NCBI GenBank assembly: GCA_963682135.1
Contig: OY821645.1
Coordinates: forward strand, 832,001 to 896,000
Reading direction: 5' to 3'
Length of the DNA stretch: 64,000 nt
Source of the DNA: Methanothrix sp.
Lineage (GTDB): Archaea; Halobacteriota; Methanosarcinia; Methanotrichales; Methanotrichaceae
Position numbers and translations under genes: made by a program. The stretch's first letter is position 1. Each line of letters begins with the position of its first letter. The notes below the pieces were generated by a model. That model saw only the letters and a program-made list of their open reading frames with translations, was not told the DNA's origin and did not search any database. Of the stretch, positions 50,349-61,078 are shown in pieces.

Positions 50349-51017
50349 CTATAACTGTCTATCAACCTCGGATCGGGGATTCAGCTTCTCTCTTATTCCG
50401 TCACCGAGCAAATGAAAAGCCAATACCGTGACGGTTATGGCAGTTCCCGGAAAGACCATCATCAGTGAATGGGATCGGATGAAAGGCCGGGCATCATTCA
50501 TCATCGATCCCCACTCCGGAGTGGGCGGCTGAACGCCAAGACCGAGAAAGCTCAAAGAGGCCGCACCTAAAATGGCATAGCCTACGCTCAATGTGGCCAT
50601 AACCAGGACAAAAGGAAGGATATTGGGCAGAATATGTCGGCCCATGATATAGAGATCCGAGGAACCGAGACTCTTGGCTGCTTCCAAAAACTCTTTTCCC
50701 TGGAGCGATAGGACCTCGCTTCTCACCAGTCGAGCGTAGCCGGTCCATTCTACCAGAATTAAGGAGAGCATCAGGTTAGCTAGACCGGATCCAAGGAAAC
50801 CTATCACCGCCAGGGCCAGGAAAATGCTGGGAAAGGAGAGGAAGGCATCAACCAGGCGCATGATTGCCTCACCCAGAACGCCTCCATAGTATCCCGCCGC
50901 TCCACCCAGGATTATGCCGATCAAGGCAGAGAAGAGCACCACGACAAGTCCGACAAAAAGAGATATTCTGATTCCGAAAACCACGCGGCTGAATATGCAG
51001 GAAAGATAATCAATAGT
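50349..51017 (-). pseudogene. 5'-truncated NikC/DppC-type ABC permease
   Basis: Begins at CIFSRVVFGIRISL without the upstream GTD.LGR segment; EAAKSLG, LSFLGLG..PP.PEWG; no partner genes. Confidence 0.7.
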
Positions 51018-51018
51018 C

Positions 51019-52503
51019 TCAAGGATATCTGCTGAATGCAGCCGACAGCAATAATACAATTGTGATCAGCAGAGCTGACATATATTTTTCGCTTTTCTCT
51101 TCAGTCTCGCTATCAGCATCACTTATCTCTGTTTCATTCCAAGCAACATCAGTCAGATTGGTCTGCATCTTTGCTTGCACATCTATCTCAAGTGCCTGCA
51201 TGCTCGTATGGTATTCGTTCCCCCGCACGTCCCGATAGCTGATCTCATCGGGAGGAAGACGGAGCGTCCCCTGCTTGATGCAGCGCAGCTGGTAATCTTT
51301 AGAATAAGTCCCATTAGGGGGGAGCATAAGCGATTCATTGACAGATCCAGAGATCAGTTCGGTTCCTTCCGGCACATTCTCCTGCAAAGATATCCCTGCA
51401 TCTTTGTTTCCTGTATTGGTCAGCTGGATTGAAACCGTGGCTACCTCTCCCGGTTGCAGCTTTGTGGGACGAACGCTCCTATCAGCTTCGATTAGCGGCC
51501 CAAAGACATCTACCACAGGACTCTCGGAGCGGACGGTGTAGCTCTGCTTGTCCCAACTGTAGCAGACAATTGCATTCGGCAGGATTTGGCCTGGGCCTGT
51601 ATGTTTAGCCTCAATGAGATAGCTGATTGTCTTCGCCTCACCAGGAGACAGGTTAAGCTTCCAGCTCAAAGGGGAATCAGCTTGAAAGCCGGATCCAGTC
51701 GAATCTGATAGATCCAGTGTCAGAGTCCTATTGCCTGAGTTTCTCAGGGAGTTGATGACGTAATAGCTTTCTTGCAGTACCTGCGTCTCTTCTACTCTCT
51801 TGTGCAACTGGATGGGACCTGATATCTGAAAGTCTGTTCCGCCCCAGGATTCGTAAGCCTTTCCCTGTGGGTTGGAGTACTGGGCAAGGGCCCGGAGCTT
51901 CAAATTGGTTGGTTTGGGAAAATAGGGTGCTTTTATATTTATTTTAAGATTATCTATCTCGCGGGTGTTCTTCTTTTTATCCCAGACTCTTCCAGCCTCC
52001 ACTATCGAAATACCGTATCTGTTGTTCACAAAGGATGGTAGCGAGTCCAGTCTTATCCTCAAATTCTCGGCATCATCTATTCCATTATTCGCAATCTGCA
52101 ATTGGATCCTCATCTCATCGCCTCCCTGGTAAATTTCTCTATCCCCCTTCAAGATGAGAGATATGTCTGACGCCGCTGGAAGTTGCAGCCTTATTTTGGC
52201 AAAAGGATCATCCTGGAGATCTCCCCTGATGATCTGTTCCACGGTAACCTTTATGGAATCGTTCAGAGTGAAACCTTCTCCTACCTGCAAGGCCCGACTG
52301 GCAATGGTAAGATTATTGGCTTGCAGTTCTACAAGGACCTTGGATGTATGGGATTCTTCAATGGAAAAGTCAGCTAACTTTAGGGTGTAGTTCTCTAAAA
52401 ATAAGGTCTCTCCCCAGTGAAGCTCTCCGCTTATCCCTTCATCCCAGATGACGGCCTGGGCGGTGCATGTCAGAGCTAGCAATATAAATAAACGTTTAAG
52501 CAT
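51019..52503 (-). CDS. Secreted Ig-like repeat (DUF11/BatD-like) surface protein with C-terminal TM
   Basis: Signal peptide, repeated I.N.G and PGE motifs, C-terminal hydrophobic anchor. Confidence 0.75.
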   Translation of the reverse strand: MLKRLFILLALTCTAQAVIWDEGISGELHWGETLFLENYTLKLADFSIEESHTSKVLVELQANNLTIASRALQVGEGFTLNDSIKVTVEQIIRGDLQDDPFAKIRLQLPAASDISLILKGDREIYQGGDEMRIQLQIANNGIDDAENLRIRLDSLPSFVNNRYGISIVEAGRVWDKKKNTREIDNLKINIKAPYFPKPTNLKLRALAQYSNPQGKAYESWGGTDFQISGPIQLHKRVEETQVLQESYYVINSLRNSGNRTLTLDLSDSTGSGFQADSPLSWKLNLSPGEAKTISYLIEAKHTGPGQILPNAIVCYSWDKQSYTVRSESPVVDVFGPLIEADRSVRPTKLQPGEVATVSIQLTNTGNKDAGISLQENVPEGTELISGSVNESLMLPPNGTYSKDYQLRCIKQGTLRLPPDEISYRDVRGNEYHTSMQALEIDVQAKMQTNLTDVAWNETEISDADSETEEKSEKYMSALLITIVLLLSAAFSRYP

Positions 52504-52504
52504 A

Positions 52505-53599
52505 TTAATGCCTTAGTATCAGATAGACAGCTACTATTACTAGTACGGCATATAGGTAAATTTTATCGCTATCCTGAAGAACATCTGTGCTCAAAGGATT
52601 ATCCCTCTCATCGTATGAGGCTTTTTCCGGCAAGAGATTCGTTCTCGTCTCGGCTTTGGCTATGCTCTTTGTGGCTGTTTTATTTGTGCTGCTTGCGGTT
52701 TCATCATTTACTGTATCATTTGTCAAGCTGAATTTTTCGGTTGCGGTTTCCTTTGCAATATCCTTTGCTGGTGCAGTTGTCTCTTTTTTCTCTTTGGAAT
52801 ATGCGGTCTCTTCTGACTGCAGGGCGCTTTGTTTTGCGTCAAAGGAGATGCCTTGAGGCGCATAGAAGACCAAGACATCATCTCTTGCAACCGTTATTTT
52901 TTTGGCCTTCTCGTACTCTATCTTAGTATCCCTGTCCTGCCATCTTACCGATAGATTATGCACCCCCTCTTCCAGCTTAATCGTGCCAAGTTCAGAGGTG
53001 CTGTCTTTGCTGACCTCCTTGCTCTTCTCAAAACTGTCATCTACATAAAGGAAAGCCTCCAAATCGTTGCTATTCTCATTGGTCAGCTTCACCAATATAT
53101 CGAACTTCTCCGGTGCCTCATGATTAGATGCATACAGGTTGATGGAGGTCTCATTCTGGATATCTTTAAGCTCCTGCATCTCGTATGATCTCTTGACATC
53201 CTCGTCCCACCAGGTTATCTTGAAATGGTGAGGTCCTTTTGAGAGTGGATAGCTATTGATCTTTAATTCAGAATCTGAGGAGAGTTCTTTGGTGTCCTTC
53301 AGATCGAAATCTATGAATAAGGAGACCTTGAGGCGCTCATTATCCTTATTGGAGACATAGACATGAACATCATAAACAGATTGATTTATGGATTCATTCG
53401 CCTGTGATAAGTCGCTTAGATTATTCTCGGGTAAAGAGAGCTGCCCGAGTGAGGCATTCTCCTCGGCACAGAGAACCACTTGAGGAATGATGATCCATAC
53501 CAGCAATATGATCTTGAAGGGTGTGATTCTCTCCAGACCTATAGGAAAGGGACAGAGGCACATATCCATTCCATATTGATGATGCTCCTTAAATAACAT
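52505..53599 (-). CDS. Secreted/anchored protein with two internal beta-sandwich repeats
   Basis: Duplicated V.V.N.....L...L..D...G.H...W.D.D unit; Thr/Lys-rich linker; C-terminal TM; start uncertain. Confidence 0.7.
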   Translation of the reverse strand: MLFKEHHQYGMDMCLCPFPIGLERITPFKIILLVWIIIPQVVLCAEENASLGQLSLPENNLSDLSQANESINQSVYDVHVYVSNKDNERLKVSLFIDFDLKDTKELSSDSELKINSYPLSKGPHHFKITWWDEDVKRSYEMQELKDIQNETSINLYASNHEAPEKFDILVKLTNENSNDLEAFLYVDDSFEKSKEVSKDSTSELGTIKLEEGVHNLSVRWQDRDTKIEYEKAKKITVARDDVLVFYAPQGISFDAKQSALQSEETAYSKEKKETTAPAKDIAKETATEKFSLTNDTVNDETASSTNKTATKSIAKAETRTNLLPEKASYDERDNPLSTDVLQDSDKIYLYAVLVIVAVYLILRH

Positions 53600-53692
53600 A
53601 TGGTATCAAGATTATAGCATTATGTGTTATTAGTAATCACAAATTTACATTAAAATTCATATATTATAATTAACTAAACGAAAAGATTATGT

Positions 53693-54097
53693 ATGGGCAC
53701 TTGGGATAGTGACCTCATAGAGGATGAGATCTTGACAGATATAGCCATCCAGCTTCTGGTATTGGAGGGCGTGCCCGTTCTGGCATTCGTTTATTATCTG
53801 CTACATAAGAAGCAGATGTATCAGTTGGAGAAGGGAATTGAAGAAAAAGATGATAAACAGATAAGAGCTGAACGCAGGATCATCAATGGCCTCTTCTTGG
53901 CGCTGGCAGGGTCCTCTATGATTCTGGCACCAAGCTTTGCAGTTCTGATAGGCATCGAAGCGCATCTATCCTTTGAGCTTCTCCTGGCGAGCCTCGTGGT
54001 TCTCTGTGCGGGAATCGCGATGATAATCGGTGGAGAGTTGATCAAATATAGGGCTGGTTTTGCCAAGGATCAGAATTCATTGGCGGGATTGAAATAG
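53693..54097 (+). CDS. Small membrane protein (DUF6249-like)
   Basis: TM, LEKG, two further TMs. Confidence 0.6.
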   Translation: MGTWDSDLIEDEILTDIAIQLLVLEGVPVLAFVYYLLHKKQMYQLEKGIEEKDDKQIRAERRIINGLFLALAGSSMILAPSFAVLIGIEAHLSFELLLASLVVLCAGIAMIIGGELIKYRAGFAKDQNSLAGLK

Positions 54098-54262
54098 GAA
54101 CCGTCACCTGAATGAAACGCTCCTTGTCCTCTCATGTGCCATCTTCATTCCCGCCATCCTTGCCAAGAACATTTTTGTAATAATCATATTTATTAACAAT
54201 GACTCTAAATTAGTTATTAACAAAAGAGACTTATATTTGAATTGTATCAATAAGAAAGAATC

Positions 54263-55387
54263 ATGAGAGGAAGAGATATGAAGAATAGGATAGTTTCAAC
54301 TTTGCTGGTTCTACCGTTAGTGGCATTGCTCCTCTGCATATCTTGTGGGGCGGCAGAGTATCCAAAGACCTTCACCGACTCAGCTGACAGAGAGGTCACG
54401 CTGCAAATGCCGGTGGAGAGGATTATCGTACTGAGCACCGATGCAGCAGAAGCAGTTGAACTTCTAGGTGCAGGAGATAAGATTGTTGGTGTTACAGATA
54501 CCGTTCAAAAATATAGCTGGTACTTCCCCAATCTCAAAAATAAGGCACTGGTGGGCAAATGGAGCGCACCTGATTATGAGGTTATAGGCCAGATCGCCAA
54601 GGGAACTGAGGACGTCATAACTCCCAATATCCTTGTATTGGGCTATCCTTCCGGTAAGATGGGAGGAAAGTCTTATGGAGTGGATGCGGTGGCCGAGGGT
54701 CTAGCACCATTCAAAGACATAGCTGTTGCCGGCTTCAGTTTCTACAAGGGCGATAGCATGGACAAAGAGATCACCCTTCTGGGCCAGATTCTGGGCAAAG
54801 AGGATAAGGCTGCTGAGTATCTCGCCTGGAAGAACACCAAGAAAGAGGCCATTGCCGGGGCAGTCGAGGGCAAGGGCATTTCCAAGGTCTATTTTGAGAA
54901 CACTCAGCCAAAAGGGCTGGGAGAGCTCAAGACCAATGGAGGGAAATCCGATATCGATATGAGCATCAGGCTTGCAGGAGGGCTCAATGTATTCGGATCA
55001 ACTTCTGATGAGTCCATAACCACCAGCTGGGAGACGGTGATCACTAAGAATCCTGACGTCATCTTGCAGGCCAAGTCGGACGACATTCTCGGTTGGGGAG
55101 CATTTCCATCCAGCAACACGATTGCCGCCCAACAGGCTCGCGATGAGATCATGGGCCGCACCGGCGGAAATGCGGCTCCTGCCATCAAGAATAAAAAAGT
55201 CTGGATCGTCTACCGCAAGATGCTCTACGGACCAGGCAGCATGGCTGGAACTGCCTTCATGGCCAAGCTGCTACACCCCGATGCCGATCTAGATCCTGTT
55301 GCAGTTTATAAGGAGTACCTTGATTTGCTGGGCATCAAATATCCGGAAGGAAGGACTTTTGTATTCCCTCAGATGGAGAGCGAGTAG
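54263..55387 (+). CDS. BtuF/FecB-type ABC substrate-binding protein
   Basis: Signal peptide, TDSADREVT..PVERIIVL, NPDVI, AIKNKKV, AKLLHPD. Confidence 0.88.
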   Translation: MRGRDMKNRIVSTLLVLPLVALLLCISCGAAEYPKTFTDSADREVTLQMPVERIIVLSTDAAEAVELLGAGDKIVGVTDTVQKYSWYFPNLKNKALVGKWSAPDYEVIGQIAKGTEDVITPNILVLGYPSGKMGGKSYGVDAVAEGLAPFKDIAVAGFSFYKGDSMDKEITLLGQILGKEDKAAEYLAWKNTKKEAIAGAVEGKGISKVYFENTQPKGLGELKTNGGKSDIDMSIRLAGGLNVFGSTSDESITTSWETVITKNPDVILQAKSDDILGWGAFPSSNTIAAQQARDEIMGRTGGNAAPAIKNKKVWIVYRKMLYGPGSMAGTAFMAKLLHPDADLDPVAVYKEYLDLLGIKYPEGRTFVFPQMESE

Positions 55388-55623
55388 AGACTCCAGCATA
55401 TTTTTTGCGGAACAAAACGCATTATTCATATGATGCGGTTGTTGGACCATCCAATAGCCAATGATAATACCTATATTCAATTAGTGCTATCTAAGGCATA
55501 AATCAATACCTTTTTAAGTCCATACATGTTATCCACATTAGAATAGCTATTAATATAGGTGACATGAATTTGCAGCATTCATATTAAATGATAATAGTTC
55601 TATCAAATAATAGGTGAAATAAT

Positions 55624-58600
55624 ATGAAAATCGTCTCTATAACCTGGGCTAGCGAGCTGCCCCTCTTGCTTGAGGCCGCAAAAGAGATCGGCCTGGACAT
55701 GGAGCTGTGGTCTGCATCTCAGCTTTCCAGCGAAGCAGATCTGGAAAGATGTCTGGAATCTCTAAAGAGAGCCAACCTCATTCTGCTCCATCCCTCCAGC
55801 GATGCCTGCTGGGATGAGATTGTTCCTGCTTTGAATCAAGGTATTCCTGTTATCTCTTTTGGAAGGGATCCATCTCATTGGGCTTTGGCCAATGTCTCAC
55901 TGGAGATGACCCAGATGATCAACAAGTATGTTCTCTTCGCAGGTCCGGAGAACTTCAAGAACATGCTCAAGTATGTCTGCAAAGAGGTTCTGGGGCTCGA
56001 CTTTAAATTTGATCCGCCGCAGGAACTTTTATGGCAGGGATTATATCATCCTCATGCAAAAGCCGCCTTTGCCACTCTCGACGAGTATCTGCAGTGGTAC
56101 GGCACGCTGAAAAGCCCGACCGTGGGCATAATATTCTCGCGAACCTATTGGGCCAATGGGGATACCGCTCTGGCGAACGCCTTCATCGCTGAGCTGGAGA
56201 AACAGGGCTCAGTTCTTCCAGTCTTCTGCTTCGGTATGGGCGATCGGGACCTTGGTGCCTGGTCGAGCGTTGAGGTGGCTGAGAAGATCTTCATGGGCAG
56301 AGTAGATGCGATCATCAATCTCCTGCCCATCTTCCGTCCACGAAAACCAGAGGATTCAGCCAGTATCCTCAAGTCGATTGACGTACCGGTCTTCCATCCA
56401 CTCATGGTCTATCACAAGACTGTGGACGAATGGCAAAAGGACATTCATGGACTCTCCAGCAGCGAGGTAGGCTGGTCTGTGGCAATGCCTGAGTTCGAGG
56501 GTGTCATAGAGCCTCTGATCTGTGGAGTGACCGATAGATCAGAATCAGATGGTGCCCTGATTGAGAGGCATGTGCCCATACCGGAGAGAGTCTCAAAAGT
56601 ATGCAGACGGGTCTCCAAGTGGATCGCACTCAAGAACAAGCCCGTGTCACAGCGCCGTGTGGCCTTTATCCTGCATAACAATCCGTGCGTATCCACAGAA
56701 GCGTCTGTAGGCGGCGGAGCCCATCTCGATACCCTTGAGAGCGTGGCTCGCATCATGAACAGGATGGCTGATGAGGGCTACTCTCTGGAGAATACTCCCG
56801 CAAATGGAAAAGAGCTTATCGAGACGATCATGGGCAGAAAAGCTATCTCCGAGTTCCGCTGGACTCCCATAGAGGAAATTGTCCAGAAAGGTGGAGCGCT
56901 GGCATATCTCTCCAAAGAGGAATATGAGCAATGGTTCGGATGCCTCTCGCCAGAGGTGCGAAGCCGCGTCAGCGAGGCCTGGGGAAATCCGCCAGGTGAG
57001 GAGAAGAACGGAATTCCTGCAGCTATGCTCTATCAGGGAAAGATCGTGATCACGGGCGTCCAGTACGGCAATGCTCTCGTCTGCGCTCAGCCCAAGCGCG
57101 GCTGTGCCGGAGCCAGATGCGACGGCCAGGTCTGCAAGATCCTGCATGACCCGGAGGTTCCGCCAACCCACCAGTACATCGCTACCTACAGATACATAGA
57201 GAAGGTCTTCGGTGCAGATGTGATTGTGCATGTCGGCACCCACGGCAACCTGGAATTTCTGCCCGGAAAGTCTGTAGGCCTGTCCAGCGACTGCTATCCC
57301 GATATTGGAATAGGGGATATGCCTCACCTTTATATCTACAACTCCGATAACCCACCTGAGGGCACAATTGCCAAGCGCCGGAGCTATGCCACACTCGTGG
57401 ACCACATGCAGGCAGTGATGACGGACTCAGACCTCTATGGAGAGCTGAAGGAGCTGGAGGAGAGGATCGCCGAGTACAACCGCGCCAGAATCTCAGATGG
57501 CGCAAGGGCTCATGCCCTGGAGCATATTATATTAGAGCTTCTTCTGAAGAGCAACCTCGCCAAGGAGATGAAGCTTGAGAAGCTGACCGCATCGGGTGCA
57601 AGCTTCGAGCAGATCTTAGAGAGGGCTCACGACAGGATTTCTCTGCTCTACAACACCCAAATTCCAGACGGCATGCACATCTTCGGGTTTCTTCCTGAGG
57701 GCGAGAGGAGACGGGAGATGGTGCGCTCCATTCTGCGAACCGAATTTCGTAAGACTGCAGCAGAGCTTCTGGGAAAGGAGGTCACAACTAATATGGAGGA
57801 TCTGCAGGAGCTGGACAGCCTCTGTAAAGAGCTTGTCTCGGCCATCATGCCATCTTGCGAGAAAGACACAGATGGCGGCAACTGCCAGATGAAGCTGCCG
57901 GAGCTGCTGGAGAGCAGAGGGCTGCATGGAAACGGATCTCTCCTGGCTCTGCAGGGCAGGGTGGAGGATCTCTGCCGGCGGATTGAGGCATCGAGGGAGT
58001 TGGAAAGCCTGCTGCATGGATTCTCAGGAGGCTTCATTGAGCCGGGTCCATCCGGCCTGATCACCAAAGGAAAGATCGAGGTCCTGCCCACGGGACGCAA
58101 CTTCTACTCTCTGGACCCGGAAGCTGTTCCGACGCAGGCCGCATGGATGGTGGGAAGAAGGCTTGCCGACAGCCTGATCGAGAAGTATCGCAAGGAGCAG
58201 GGCCGCTTGCCTGAGAACGTCGCCATGTTCTGGATGGCAGGGGATGTGATGTATGCCGACGGGGAACAGATGGCACAGATCTTCCACCTGATAGGCGTAA
58301 AGCCCGTCTGGAAGGGTGCGAAGCTCAGAGGATATCAGGTAGTCCCTCTGGAGGAGCTGGGACGGCCCAGGATAGACCTGACAATCAAGTCTTCAGGCAT
58401 CATCCGAGACTGCTTCTATAACTGCATAGAAATGGTCGACAGAGCGATACGGGAGGTCGCAGCACTCGATGAGCCGCCGGAGATGAACTATCTTAGAAAG
58501 CATGATCTGGAGAACGGCTCCATGCCTCGCATCTTTGCCAGCAGGCCGGGCACATACGGAAACGGCGTGAATCTGGCAGTCTATGCATCGGCATGGAAGA

Positions 58601-59343
58601 AGGAGAAGGACCTCTCAGACGTCTTCATCTACTGGAACGGTTACGCCTACGGCAAGGGTTTCTTTGGTGAGGAGTCTTCGGAGAAACTCATCAAGCAGCT
58701 CAAGAGTGTGGATGTCACATTCAACAAGACAACAACAGATGAAAAAGACCTGTTTGGATGCTGCTGCTACTTCGGCAATCACGGCGGCATGACCATCGCA
58801 GCCCGTGAGGTCTCCGGCCATCCGGTGGAGGCTTACTATGGAGACACCAGAGACCCGGACAATGTGGAGGTGCGCACCCTGGCCGACGAGGTCCGGCGGG
58901 TTGTACGCACCAAGCTGCTCAATCCCAAGTGGATCGAAGGCATGAAACGGCACGGCTACAAGGGAGCAGGAGACATCTCCAAGCGCGTGGGCCGGGTCTA
59001 CGGCTGGGAGGCGACGACTCAAGAAGTAGACGACTGGATCTTCGACGATATAGCCAAGACCTTCATCATGGATGAGGAGAACCGCAAGTTCTTCGAGGAG
59101 AACAATCCCTGGGCCATGGAGGAGATGGGCAGAAGGCTGCTGGAGGCCGAGCAGAGGGGCCTATGGAAGGCCGACCCGCAGGTGCTGGATGCATTGAAGA
59201 ACCTTTATTTGGAGATAGAGGGCTGGATGGAGGAGAGGATGGGAGATGTCCAGGGCGATTTCCAGGGCGGGGCAATAGATGTCTTCAATGCCGATGAGGT
59301 GGCCGCCTGGAAGGAGAAGATGGCGAAGGTTCTCGGACCTTGA
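55624..59343 (+). CDS. cobN: CobN/magnesium-chelatase H-family protein
   Basis: HVGTHGNLEFLPGK, EGTIAKRR, LPTGRNFY, RPRID, LNPKWIEGM..HGYKGA. Confidence 0.92.
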   Translation: MKIVSITWASELPLLLEAAKEIGLDMELWSASQLSSEADLERCLESLKRANLILLHPSSDACWDEIVPALNQGIPVISFGRDPSHWALANVSLEMTQMINKYVLFAGPENFKNMLKYVCKEVLGLDFKFDPPQELLWQGLYHPHAKAAFATLDEYLQWYGTLKSPTVGIIFSRTYWANGDTALANAFIAELEKQGSVLPVFCFGMGDRDLGAWSSVEVAEKIFMGRVDAIINLLPIFRPRKPEDSASILKSIDVPVFHPLMVYHKTVDEWQKDIHGLSSSEVGWSVAMPEFEGVIEPLICGVTDRSESDGALIERHVPIPERVSKVCRRVSKWIALKNKPVSQRRVAFILHNNPCVSTEASVGGGAHLDTLESVARIMNRMADEGYSLENTPANGKELIETIMGRKAISEFRWTPIEEIVQKGGALAYLSKEEYEQWFGCLSPEVRSRVSEAWGNPPGEEKNGIPAAMLYQGKIVITGVQYGNALVCAQPKRGCAGARCDGQVCKILHDPEVPPTHQYIATYRYIEKVFGADVIVHVGTHGNLEFLPGKSVGLSSDCYPDIGIGDMPHLYIYNSDNPPEGTIAKRRSYATLVDHMQAVMTDSDLYGELKELEERIAEYNRARISDGARAHALEHIILELLLKSNLAKEMKLEKLTASGASFEQILERAHDRISLLYNTQIPDGMHIFGFLPEGERRREMVRSILRTEFRKTAAELLGKEVTTNMEDLQELDSLCKELVSAIMPSCEKDTDGGNCQMKLPELLESRGLHGNGSLLALQGRVEDLCRRIEASRELESLLHGFSGGFIEPGPSGLITKGKIEVLPTGRNFYSLDPEAVPTQAAWMVGRRLADSLIEKYRKEQGRLPENVAMFWMAGDVMYADGEQMAQIFHLIGVKPVWKGAKLRGYQVVPLEELGRPRIDLTIKSSGIIRDCFYNCIEMVDRAIREVAALDEPPEMNYLRKHDLENGSMPRIFASRPGTYGNGVNLAVYASAWKKEKDLSDVFIYWNGYAYGKGFFGEESSEKLIKQLKSVDVTFNKTTTDEKDLFGCCCYFGNHGGMTIAAREVSGHPVEAYYGDTRDPDNVEVRTLADEVRRVVRTKLLNPKWIEGMKRHGYKGAGDISKRVGRVYGWEATTQEVDDWIFDDIAKTFIMDEENRKFFEENNPWAMEEMGRRLLEAEQRGLWKADPQVLDALKNLYLEIEGWMEERMGDVQGDFQGGAIDVFNADEVAAWKEKMAKVLGP

Positions 59344-59813
59344 GAAAGGCGGAGCAGAGCTCTGGCTGTGGGAATGAATAGGACCAGACGACGCTATCCC
59401 GGCCATTAAGCAATGGGATGGGTGTTGCCAATCATTCCTCCCATTATCCTATTTTTCCATCAAATGCTCCAATGCCTATTGTTTTCCGTAATTAATTTTT
59501 GAGTCGGAGATCACACACTCATAAAATGAAATCGAAAGTCATTCCGCTAGTTAGTTATAAATACATAGATTCACATCTGATTCTTTCGTATTACTATTAA
59601 GAAAAGTAATATCAATTACGCGACTGGTGCAAAAAGATATGAAATTAGGATTGAAGATAGGTCTGATCGCTTTGCTCATTCTGGCTATATCATATGCTGC
59701 ACTAGGTGCCTCATCAGCAGGCCAGAAGGATGTGAACTAAAGAAAATTGGTGCTTTATCTATCCGAATGGCTAATGAATTCGAATTGCAGCATTCCGGAG
59801 ACAACTGGGGAAT

Positions 59814-60608
59814 ATGTGGCAAACCGCAATGGATTGGATGGTCAGACTGAGTCATAGATTGAAGCTCGGAGCAGAGGGAGCCTATGCCATCCTCTGGGCG
59901 GATCTGGTCGCACTGAGGCGAAACCTGTCCCATTACCTGATAGCGACAGTTGTCGGCCCACTTCTTTATATGGCAGCTTTCGGCTTTGGCCTGGGCGGGA
60001 GTATCAAGATGGACGGCATGAGCTATCTGGAGTTCGTCATTCCGGGAATTATCGCCATGACTGCCATGAACAGCAGCTTCAATGGCTCAGGAACCAGGCT
60101 GGTAGTGGATCAGATCCACTGGAGAAGCTTCGATGAGTCTCTCATGGCTCCCATCAGCCAGCCATCGCTTCTCCTGGGAAAAGCCCTGATCGGAGTCTTG
60201 CGGGGCAGCGTTAGCAGCATCGCATTTCTTATCATGGCCCTGCTCATCAGGCCGCAGCTTCATATCAGCGCCACTCTCCTCGTGAGCCTGGCTTTAACCT
60301 GCTTTATCTTCTCATTTCTGGGAGTGCTCTCCGCTCTTCTGGCCCGCTCTTATGATGATATGATCATGTTCACCAGCATCATCATCACGCCGATGGCCTT
60401 TTTAGGCGGGACCTTCTTCTCCCTGAATTATGTGCCAGAAGCCCTAAAATATGCTCTTTACCTGCTGCCGCTCACCCATGCCAGCATCTGCTTGCGGGCG
60501 TCTGTTATGGGGCAAGGCGTCCCATACCAGTCAATGCTTGCATTGATCCTCTTTCTGGCCCTCTTTGCGACAGGTGCGCTGCTCGCCCTGAAGAGAAAAG
60601 ACGCTTAG
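59814..60608 (+). CDS. ABC-2 type exporter permease
   Basis: YLEFVIPGI, MAPIS, FLGGTFFS..P...LPLTHA; no ATPase adjacent. Confidence 0.85.
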   Translation: MWQTAMDWMVRLSHRLKLGAEGAYAILWADLVALRRNLSHYLIATVVGPLLYMAAFGFGLGGSIKMDGMSYLEFVIPGIIAMTAMNSSFNGSGTRLVVDQIHWRSFDESLMAPISQPSLLLGKALIGVLRGSVSSIAFLIMALLIRPQLHISATLLVSLALTCFIFSFLGVLSALLARSYDDMIMFTSIIITPMAFLGGTFFSLNYVPEALKYALYLLPLTHASICLRASVMGQGVPYQSMLALILFLALFATGALLALKRKDA

Positions 60609-61078
60609 TCTCTTTGCTTATGGTTTTTGCAGGAGAGCGTGGGACAAAGCCTGATGGGAAGGCCAGGGGCAGCTTCTCGGGGCTACTGCCGTCGAGAAAT
60701 ATATCGTCTAAATAGTAGTCTAAAGTAGTCTTAATCAGATCCATTATAGTTCGGTTTAGACTAATGGCAAATCGCTTTAATGATGGCGATTTCTATGATT
60801 TCACTCATCATACCCAGACCATTTTTCCGTCTAATTCAGAGATTTTTAATGCGTTTTAGACGAAAACCATTTCGATCTTGGATATATTCCAGAGACACGA
60901 TTATGTCGTAGGAGCGCGTTTCCTGAGCTAAATTCCTTGTTTGTCGCATTAATCAAGGCATCTCTTGAGAATAAACCCGCTCCGTCTTAACGCAAAGGCA
61001 GATTGAAGAAAAGACAAAAAATTGAAAATTCAGGCATTAGCTGCAACAGCTTCTGCCGTTTTTCTTCCTAATTTTCTC

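Noticed and set aside
54098-55623. Cobalamin riboswitch upstream of btuF-like or cobN genes
   Set aside because: The intergenic DNA is AT-rich with no recognisable B12-box or conserved core
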